A stretch of DNA of 64,000 nucleotides, from NCBI GenBank assembly GCA_963693365.1, contig CAVNZM010000015.1, positions 2,666,001-2,730,000 on the forward strand. Reading direction: 5' to 3'. Below, piece by piece: positions 1 to 14,388 of the stretch. Source of the DNA: Amoebidium appalachense (taxonomy: Eukaryota > Protista > Ichthyosporea). Under the pieces are notes generated by a model. That model was given only the letters and a program-made list of their open reading frames with translations. It was not told the DNA's origin and searched no databases. Positions within the stretch are counted from its first letter, which is position 1. Each line of letters opens with the position of its first letter. Both the position numbers and the translations under genes were made by a program.

Positions 1-103
1 AGCAGCCTTTTCATCGTGGGTGGTCGGAAAAAGAACAAGGGCGAAAATGGGATTGATGGGATCTGGGACGGGTAGATTGCTTCTATTGTGTGCGCGCACG
101 ACA

Positions 104-195
<92 letters not shown>

Positions 196-1135
196 TGTGT
201 GTGTGTATTTTGTGCGGGTGCGTGCACATGTGACTGGTGTACGGGGGTTGCGGGTTGGTTTTTTTTTTTTATTTTTTGGGGGGGGGAGGGGGGGGGGGGA
301 GGGGGTGGGCAATGAGATTTACTAACCTCACCACGAATATCCACTTCTCCCCGTCTCCGGCCCCCCCCCCCCCCCCCCCCCCCTTCCCCACCCACCACTA
401 CAATCTGGAGGAGGAGCGGACCAAGAGCGGAGGGCAGATCTACCACACACACGTACAGGGCAAGCACACATACGAGGAGGTCGGGGGCACGGACACAGAG
501 CCAGCAAGAGAAGAGGCACACAGGCCATCACCTGGTGTGTGATATTTGGTATGTCTGCATGAGCATGTGACCATGCACTGTTGTTCGTGGGGAGGTATAC
601 GTATACGTGCTTACGTGGAGGTGGGCTTAAATGGATATGGGTGGATGGAACACAGCCACGCAGGGTGTATGGTAGCGAGAAAGAGGCAGGGGCCTGGGGC
701 CACCTCCGGGGGGGGGAGGGAGGGGGTGGGGTGGGGTGGGGGGGGGGGGGAGGGGGGGGGGAGGGGGGTTCATGATCATGATCCTGGTGAGGAGAAAAAG
801 GGTTTCCATAAAACAACCAAAAAATTAGGAATATGTCTACGCTGGATGAGCAAAAAGACAGGCCCTGTACAGTATTTGTAGAGGGATTGAAAGCGTGAAA
901 AGGACCCAGGCTTGGTTTATGGTTGTACGATGATATAGCTTTAGGGGGCCCCTTAAATGTAGTCTAGTCCATCATAAGATTGCTGCATGCATGAATAGAT
1001 AGTATTCAATTGCCCGGCGGCCCCCGGGGGGGGGGGGGGGGGGGTTATGGGATTTCCAAGTCTTTGTTGCTGATAAACGGCACCTTACCTGTCGGATTGC
1101 TAAAATGCAGCTGTTCGAATGTAATGGGCTCGGAA
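1..1135 (-). CDS. Possible multi-exon hypothetical gene, 5' part, running off the left edge
   Basis: Islands of complex sequence between microsatellites, with minus-strand splice signals: donor gtaagg at ~1088, donor gtaagc at ~614, acceptors at ~532 and ~83. Candidate peptides include YSEPITFEQLHFSNPT and APASFSLPYTLRGCVPSTHIHLSPPP|RDGLCASSLAGSVSV. No family recognised and exon phasing not fully resolved. Confidence 0.25.
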
Positions 1136-1833
1136 TACTACTTGAATGCACTGTGTGCACACAGGTGTGAGCCATCGCTATTACAATCAGTGTGCATGCT
1201 TTCACATGCCAATCTGGCTGAGCAATGTGCTTGCATGTGTAAATAGCTGCGGCATTGATGGTACATGTAATGGAGGCGAAGGAGGTGGCATGCACGGACT
1301 CATGATCATGCTATGGGTGCTGCACACACACACATATGGGTGCTGCACACACACACACACACATACACACACACACACACACGCAGTGTATGAGACTTGT
1401 TTCTTTGACTTGTATTAATCAGCCAAGGGCATCAAAAAACACCGGGAAATCCTGTTTCCCAATTCACACACAACACGTTTTTGGGAAAAATTCTTTCAAA
1501 AATTCTCTACGAGCAAGGGACATTCGTTAATATTTGCTACAGCTCGATCGAATAGGAATACAAACACAACACTGCCACACACAACATTAGACCAAAATAC
1601 AACAAATCCTAGTGTATAGGCGAGAGTAGTCAAAATCACCGCTCTCTTGTCAAACTGCATTTTCTTGATTTCAACACATTTTGCTTATTGTAGAAGCATA
1701 TGTCCCTACAACACTACAACAGGTAGCACCCTGCCAGCACTAACACAACACCTAGTGCTGGTATCAAACTTCACCATTACCCCCCCCCCCCCCCCCCCCC
1801 CTCCCCTTCCCCCCCCCCCACAAACATCCCCAC

Positions 1834-3190
1834 CTATTGCTCATCGCCAATCTTTGTGTATCCGGACCGTTTCTGCCACCTAGCAGCGACCGTCAAAGTC
1901 AACAACGTCCCCAAAATCCCAGCTGCAAACCCGCCAAATGCCGGCAGAATCTCCTTCTTAAACACAGCGGCCGTGTTATCACCCCCATCCGTACGGTTGT
2001 TTATCACGTCGAGCCATGCGTTGGAGTAGGGAACAGGGTTACCAATTTTAGGAACATTGTCATACCCATCGTTGAACTTGACAAACAGGAACTTTGCCAT
2101 GTCCCACCACGATTTCACGGCGGTCTCGCAGGCCTTTTTCGTGTGGTTGGTGAGTAATTCGGCGGCCCTTTCCGCTCCTTCCTTCTCCAACGCCTGCGTG
2201 TACTTAGCAACTATCTCTTTGTCTTCGTTAATGAACTGGGTCTCGAGCATCTCCTGTTTTTCCTGAAGGTAAGGGAACATGTGCATGAACTTGAGGTCGA
2301 TATAGTTGGAAAGGAAGTCGTACGCCCACCAAGCAACATCAAACGAGAACTCCCCCTGCCACCCAGTCTTGTACGACAGGGGCACCTCGGTACCGGCGGC
2401 GTAAAAGGGAACAAAAAGACTCGTATGAGGTGCGTCGGGGGCAAACCACGTCAACCCACCCACGCCGGGGGGCATGTTGGGGCGGGACTGGAGGGCGAGA
2501 GCGTAGGAAGTGCGGTAGAGAGAGATGGCGCGCTCGAACGATGGGTACCCGGCCGGCATCTTAAACTCAGCACGGGTAGGCGTACCCCATGGGCCCGCGG
2601 CTATGCCCTTTGTCATATCGAACTCGGTGCCTTCGTAGTGGTCGCGAATCAGGCGCATGATTTGCCGAAGCTCGAGGGGGGAGTCTGGCTTGACGGACCA
2701 GGGGAGATCCCAATCCTCCTTCGGGGATGGGCTAAGGAGGTTGAGCTGGGAGGGGGCGGCGAGGGTGAACACGCGCCACACGCGGCGCGCCGTGTACGTG
2801 ATCATGTTGTTCTTGGGCGCAAACGCACGCGAGAAGTGGAACGGAACGCCCTCGTTTGGCTTCCAATACCCGAGGTTCGCGGCGACATCGTGCAGATTCT
2901 CGCTCCCCATGAAGTTGGAATTGTCATTCAGATCAACATGGCCGATGGTGAAGTAGTTTCCAATGGCAACAATGTGGTCATCGGGTACCCTCTGGGCAAC
3001 CCACACGGCGCTCTTTCCGTCAGGGGTGCCCATCGTGTGGAACACCCATGCCTCGGTCTGGTCGATGATGGTGAGCGTCTCGCCTCCCTCACCTGAGGGC
3101 TCAACGAAGCCGTACCTGGTGGAAAGGAAGAGGGGGGTTAGAGGGGGCAGTGTGGTGGTGGATGAGTGAGGTTATGGGGGGAGTATTTGT

Positions 3191-3239
<49 letters not shown>

Positions 3240-3510
3240 GAAGGGGGGGAAGAAAGAGAGGGTGGGGAGTGGGGGGGGGGCTTTCGACTTCGTGATGAAG
3301 GGGTGGGGTGGAGGCGGGGGAGAGAGCGGTATGTGTGTTGTGTATGATATGTCCTATGTTCTTTGTGGTAAGGGTGTGGCCCGGGATGATGCGGCACAAA
3401 CAGGGGCAAAACCAGTAAAGTGAGTTGCATGCCTCCTCTACGGGGTAGCAGTGCGGAGGCTGTTGTGCACGTACTAACCACTGTGGGCGGTGGTGTGGTG
3501 TCATGGTGGT

Positions 3511-3548
<38 letters not shown>

Positions 3549-4731
3549 TTTGGGGGGAGGAAGGGGGGGGGGGGGGGGGGGGGGGGGATCGAAGAGAGAG
3601 CAAGACAGAGAACAAGAAAAAGAGCCAAGATGCTACCCTTTCTCGGCGTGCCATCTGCAGAGGCAGCGTGTTTCAGACCACCCGTGGTGAATGGCCGGAG
3701 TCACACAGAGCAGGTGACAACAACTGCCAAAATTGCCAACGGAGGTCGTGTCTCATATCGTTCTTCTTGATAGAAATTGTGCGAGCAGGTGTTTCGGACC
3801 AACAACAGAGCATGGTTCCGCGGCCTCCGCAGAATGCCAGTGTTTGCATCGTCAAGCAACAAAGATCAATCAGAGGATTAGATGGGGCACACACAGATAA
3901 CAGGTAAAGACGACTACTTACTTCACAGCCAGGTCACCCATCGCCTGTATGGCACAGCGGGCCGTTCTGCATCTCTCAAGGGCAACACGACTCAGCTCAG
4001 CAATGGTCATAAGCGCAGTAGAGTTGACCCCAACCACAACCTTAGCCATGCATGTGCTCTCACCAATGCCGACACCCCACTCGTTCATGACACCGTACAC
4101 GGCGTCGTAGTAGGCGTAGGTGGAGTTGACTTGGGGAATCTGACCGCGGGGGATCGTCTTGTTGAACCCGGGTGCAGACCTGTTTAGCAGAAGTCAGTAT
4201 AAACCGGGTGGACATCATGGGGAGGATCCCTATCAGAGAGCTCTCGACATCTACGTGGGAGCCGATACACCAGCCACGCATGCCTGTGTCTGTTTAAAGC
4301 ATCAGAAAAAAGCCCCGCAACACCAACATCCTTGCATCATTCCAGCAAACAAACAGAACTAGAACCAAAAACGGCAGGCAAAGAGCAAGCACTTACGTGT
4401 AGTCCGGTCCACGCTTGTCACCTACGTAGCGAGGGTAGCCAAGCACGTCGTCAATCACCTCTCTCTGCGTGGTGTTGTGCGTCATAGCAGGCACGCGCAT
4501 GAGGCGGAAATCACAGTTTTTACAGTCTGCCGTGTAGACTAGTGCTGGGGCACCATCAGCAGTAGCCAGACGACCGGCAATTGCTGTGGTGCAGGCAGCA
4601 TCATCCGGAACTTCGGCTGAAAAGTCGGGGGGGTGCACTGTTACCCCCTCTCCTACCTCTACGTTTACACCCCATGGCAGCTGCGCGGCGCACGCAGATG
4701 CCACTGCGGCGCAAAGAATTGCCAACCTCAT
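1834..4731 (-). CDS. Peptidase family C69 (secernin/dipeptidase-like Ntn-hydrolase) with signal peptide and C-terminal TM helix; 3 exons
   Basis: Exons 4731-4397, 4179-3922 and 3115-1834 join in frame across GT-AG introns. Signal peptide MRLAILCAAVASACA, propeptide, then nucleophile motif CTTAIAG. Family motifs: DCKNCDFRL, YGVMNEWGVGIGEST, GETLTIIDQTEAWVF, WVAQRVPDDH, RDHYEGTEFDMTKG, ERAISLYRTSY. C-terminal hydrophobic segment followed by the tail GYTKI. Confidence 0.9.
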
Positions 4732-4825
4732 GTTTGTGTGTGACGGCGTGCGTGTGTGTGTGTGGTGTGTGTGACTGACTGCCAGACTGTGTGTGAAGAA
4801 AAACAACGACATAAATCAACGGAAG

Positions 4826-5070
4826 TGGTTTATATAGTAGCAAACTATCGTGCGCAACCAATCAAAAGATCCGTAATTGTTATGCATTCCGCGTGCGATT
4901 GAAATAGCCTTATTTGGTGGGGATTAAATCAAAAAAAGCATGTTGCTGATTGGTTTCCGTCGCCCATGTGGCCCTGTTTAGCCAATTGGAAAAGGGCCCA
5001 ACATCGTAAACATTTGATTGGCTGAAAAAGCATTGTTTGGCTCGAAAAGCACCCCAGTTATCCAATCGTT
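4826..5070 (-). promoter_or_regulatory. Core promoter of the C69 peptidase: TATA box plus CCAAT cluster
   Basis: TATATAAA on the minus strand at ~4829-4836, about 100 bp upstream of the ATG. CCAAT/ATTGG pentamers at ~4858, 4949, 4982, 5017 and 5062. Confidence 0.5.
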
Positions 5071-5087
5071 TCGCATGAAGCTTTCCC

Positions 5088-5740
5088 GTGCAGGGCTGTA
5101 ATTTGAGAGCCTGGTTTGAGCGCGGCTCCGTTTTTTTTTTTTCGCCACAGAAAAGTGCACCGCGTGATTTGTTTCTGTTCCGCTGGTGTCACAGCTTGAA
5201 GGTGCACGTGTGTGCTGCGTACCCAACCGCCACGCACGCATGCCAGACAGTCTCCTCGACAGTGCCACACTGAAGCATCCTGGAATCCTGCTTTTGGTCC
5301 TTTCACCCATTCCAGCTTTTCGCTGCGCGCGTATTTTGGTGCAGCGCTGCAGTACATCATGGCTCCTGTGTGTCCTCAGGCTGCTTTGCAAGAATGTACC
5401 CTACCTACGATTTTTGTGCAGGGCTGTAATTTGAGAGCCTGGTTTGAGCGCGGCTCCGTTTTTTTTTTTCGCCACAGAAAAGTGCACCGCGTGATTTGTT
5501 TCTGTTCCGCTGGTGTCACAGCTTGAAGGTGCACGTGTGTGCTGCGTACCCAACCGCCACGCACGCATGCCAGACAGTCTCCTCGACAGTGCCACACTGA
5601 AGCATCCTGGAATCCTGCTTTTGGTCCTTTCACCCATTCCAGCTTTTCGCTGCGCGCGTATTTTGGTGCAGCGCTGCAGTACATCATGGCTCCTGTGTGT
5701 CCTCAGGCTGCTTTGCAAGAATGTACCCTACCTACGATTT
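5088..5740. repeat. Near-perfect tandem duplication of a ~327-bp unit (2 copies)
   Basis: 5088-~5414 and 5416-~5740 read identically apart from poly-T length. The ORF track repeats the same peptides at a 327-bp offset. Confidence 0.92.
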
Positions 5741-6137
5741 CAACATTATTTAAGTGAAGTTTTCAGCTGGCGTCAGATTTTTGGTATCACAGCAGTAATA
5801 AAGTTCCCAACACAGTGCACATGACAGCACAGCGCTGTGACTTCTGCAATATTGAGATCAAGCAGGACGGTAGTTCTCCGAGCAAGCATCTGCACAGATT
5901 TGCAGCGCCACCACAGTGACTTGAAGAATAAGAAAGCATGTTTGCACTAGCTGTGTACACGGGTGTGGACGATCACTCTGCCAACCATGCTCTGCGCCCA
6001 CTGCCCCTGTGCCTTGTAGATATGCCTGCCAGCTTTTATTTGCACCTGTACTGCTTGCATGTAGTATATATTACCGTCGCTTACTATAATAATAGGGCAA
6101 GTAAATTTGAATTGCTGTGACATTCCTGATCCTTACA

Positions 6138-6866
6138 GAAGTTGTGAGACACCAATAGTAGGCCTAACTCTTTGGGAATCTCGTCTGGTGTACTTGTCGT
6201 CCAATAATTTCAAGTGCGACAGGTGTGTGCACTTGAATCCCGGGTGTTTTTATCGAGTTTTCGAAAGATCTGTGGGGGAGTGACTTTGGCAAGGTCCCTG
6301 CAGGCATACATGTGTACGTGTGTGTGTGTATGTGAAGTAGGGGGGAGAGGGGTGGGAGGAGGGGAGGAGGGCCTGGGGGCTCACGTGCGCGCACCTGTGT
6401 GTGGAGGAGTGGGGGAGGAAGGGACGGCCTGCCAGTGGGTGCTTCACCGGGAATCCACCCAAGGCCACCTTATCAGCTATGAGGCTTGCCTCCACTAGGA
6501 GACTCACTGGTACAGTGGGGTTGTATCTGGGGGGGGGGGGGGGGGGGGGGGGGGGCGGGATGGAAAAAAGGGGGGAGAGGGGGGGGGGGGGGGGTAGGAG
6601 TGTCTTTTGGCAGCGGGAGGGTTGCCATCCTCGCATGTGCACGCACATGCGCATGCCTGTTAAAATTGAACAGGGTGCACATCATATGGAAGGCCACCGT
6701 GGCACAGCATACACGGAACGCTGCATGGTGTGCGTGTGTGTACTCCTGGGTTATCGTGTCATTTCACCGCCCTCCACTGTAACAGTTGTCTGGACACCAA
6801 CAGACAATGCACAGTGACTGCAGCCGAGGCCATAGCAAAAGGGCAGGAGAGGGGGAAAAGGTGGGG

Positions 6867-6909
<43 letters not shown>

Positions 6910-7135
6910 GATAGTTTTTTATTTATTTTATTTTATATTTTTGGTGTGTGTACACGTGTGTGTTTGTGTGTGTGCGACACTGTATGTGTGCCTGCCTGCA
7001 GGTGCCGGAGGAGGAGGATGGGGAGGGTTTAAAGTTCTGCCTGACATGGTCGTTCTCTATGAGACACGGACTAGAGATGGCCACGTTTAATATGATGGCA
7101 GTACGGACACACGGTCCCACCCACGAAAACTACGT
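6138..7135 (+). CDS. Possible small multi-exon hypothetical gene
   Basis: Three AG/GT-bounded segments (~6674-6727, ~6786-6860, ~7002-7132) join in phase 0: GAHHMEGHRGTAYTERCM|LSGHQQTMHSDCSRGHSKRAGEGEK|VPEEEDGEGLKFCLTWSFSMRHGLEMATFNMMA. A further candidate exon at ~6138-6222 reads SCETPIVGLTLWESRLVYLSSNNFKCD. No family recognised and the strand is not certain. Confidence 0.25.
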
Positions 7136-7465
7136 GTGTACACGAAAGAAAACAAAAAACAAGAACAAACGTACAGCTAATATTTTGTATTACCCTATAC
7201 AAACACCATGATCACTGCCCGTGCCGACCGTGCCGGGGATCTTTAAAACACCACCCAACACCTGTTTTTTAATTTGTGTCCATCATATGCATGTTTGTTA
7301 TGTGTGCATGTGCGTGTGGTGACGCAAGTGCATTTGTATGTTGGTTTTGAGTGTGTGCGCAGTGAATTCCACACAATGCACGATCCCTAGTGGTGGCAAC
7401 GCCGTGCATTGAGCAGTATATATGACGTAAGTCAGTGCAAAACGTCGTGAACATTCTAGCAGGCT

Positions 7466-12438
<4,973 letters not shown>

Positions 12439-12691
12439 GTTGCCTGCTTGCTACTCTACCGAGCTACGAAAAAGGAAAGATGAACCGGGCAATGCAACGG
12501 TTACAAAGCCTGCTACTAAAACTTATCACCCAAACGTCAGTACTGTAGCTCTGTATAAAATCTGTTTATGTGCCCCTATTCTCGCCAATTTCAAGCAGAC
12601 TTTTTCTTGGTTTCCTACTGAAGCTAAAGTTCTCTAGAAAAAAATCGGTCCCACGAAGAGTCACCACGGGCTGTATGACGATCCAAGCGAA

Positions 12692-12853
12692 CAGGGGTTG
12701 CCTGGGTTTGGCACTCTTAATCGTATTTAGTCAAATTCCGAGCGTTTTGACACCTTTCAGGGTCGTATTTACTAATTGGATGCCCCCTTTTTAACGTATT
12801 GCGGGGTTTCCTAACCGCATTTTGGGTCGATACGATTCGTAACGCAAACCCTG
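12692..12853. mobile_element. Non-autonomous DNA transposon (MITE), hAT/P-like, with 8-bp TSD
   Basis: Termini CAGGGGTTGC...GCAAACCCTG. Exact direct repeat CAAGCGAA on both sides (12684-12691 and 12854-12861). Internal aatcgtat/atacgatt inverted motifs. Confidence 0.75.
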
Positions 12854-13268
12854 CAAGCGAAGAATTTCCCGTTGGCTGGTTGCGAGGCTGATCGGGGTGA
12901 TATTTCGTTAGCGTATGATTGGTCAATCGCAGGTGTGCTAATGAGTAATACTGTAATCGGTACATGCTGTTAAGATCTTGAACGCTCATTCGCCATTTAT
13001 CATTCATAGAACTAGGCTGACAAGAGCATTCGTCACCCCGTGCACAGCTACAGTCTGTGCTACAGAGCCTCTGAGTTTCTGAGAGCGCGTCACGACAGAG
13101 TGCGTCTGCGTCTGTGTGTTCGTTTTGTGTGCGTCCCCCTGTGCCTGCATGCACAAACAGTCTATGCCTACACTAAGCTACATGTGTGAGCTTGCAGACA
13201 TGAACGCACACGTGTGTTAACATGTGTGCATGTGTGGCCATTTGTGGGTAATTTCGCATCAGCAGACT

Positions 13269-13431
13269 CTCCGGATCCACGGTCAATTTGCATCATGGCT
13301 GCTGTAACAGAGGACAGCCGGGCCCTCCTTGTACACTGAAGATTAATTGCTCCGGATCCACGGTCAATTTGCATCATGGCTGCTGTAACAGAGGACAGCC
13401 GGGCCCTCCTTGTACACTGAAGATTAATTGC
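13269..13431. repeat. Tandem duplication of an ~81-bp unit
   Basis: ctccggatccacggtcaatttgcatcatggctgc...gaagattaattgc appears twice head-to-tail. Confidence 0.9.
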
Positions 13432-14388
13432 ATCACAAAACGCACGTGCATGCCCATACACTTGCAAGGTGCTTTTTCGTGCCGAACGAGTAGAGAGCCT
13501 AGACTAATCTAAGGCTGCGGCCGGTATGCCGGGAAGCGACCGTGCATATCGCCTGTGTTGTGTGGGGAGGGATCCTAGATCTAGACATCAAGTACATATG
13601 ACCATAGTCCTGAAGTTCCTGGACCCCTTTCCGGCGCTAGCAGGTCACAAAAGAAATCTCAGTATTCTACACAGGATTGAAAGAGTAGTGATGCGTAGCT
13701 ATAGGCTTTTGGCGCAGGCATGCAAGGTGCCTGGCGGTGTCCGGATCAATCATGCCTGCACAACCCGGGCCCCACAACCGATGCCTTGGGCGTTCAGCAG
13801 CTAATGCATGTGCGTGTATCCGGCCCCGCCTGGGCACGCAGGCCCAAGTTGAAAAGCATAAATAACACAAAAATGGACCAACGCGTAGTAGGTTTTGTGT
13901 GTTGGTGTGTGTTGTGTATTTGCAAGGGAACTCCGGATCCGGGGCACATATCCTAAAGCAAATCATTAACGCATGTTCCAGGTAGCTCGCAATCGCCCTG
14001 CGACGCCTGACAACACCCGTTCAATATGGTGCCATAACTACAGCCATCACAGGTGATTTTGCAGTCACGAAGGCTCTCTTTATGTGTTACAGTGTGTGTT
14101 CAAGTGGGCTTACAAGAAAGAGAAAAATGAACTTTGCACTCTATTGTCTAGTGTCGATAGTCTACAGAACGCTTCCTTGCATCACGACTGAGCCACGTAT
14201 TTAGTCTTACAGGCCCGATGCATGTAAACAAAAAAGCATCGCTCACACGTCGAACATAAACTTTCTCTCCCTGTCTAGTAAAGAGCTTGTGACAACAGTA
14301 ACCATAGCTTTCTTGCGTTACTTTTTTAGGGGGAGAAGACTGAAGCATAAAACTGTGTCCTAGTTTTCTTTTTATCTCTGTGGGGTCC

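Noticed and set aside
2281-3096. 271-aa plus-strand ORF
   Set aside because: It is an antisense shadow of the GC-rich C69 peptidase exon 3.
4180-4283. Alternative acceptor at 4284 for peptidase exon 2
   Set aside because: It leads to an in-frame TAA. The acceptor at 4180 restores the conserved frame.
13526-13966. Short ORFs between Rab11 and PsuG-PsuK
   Set aside because: No recognisable motifs and no consistent exon chain.
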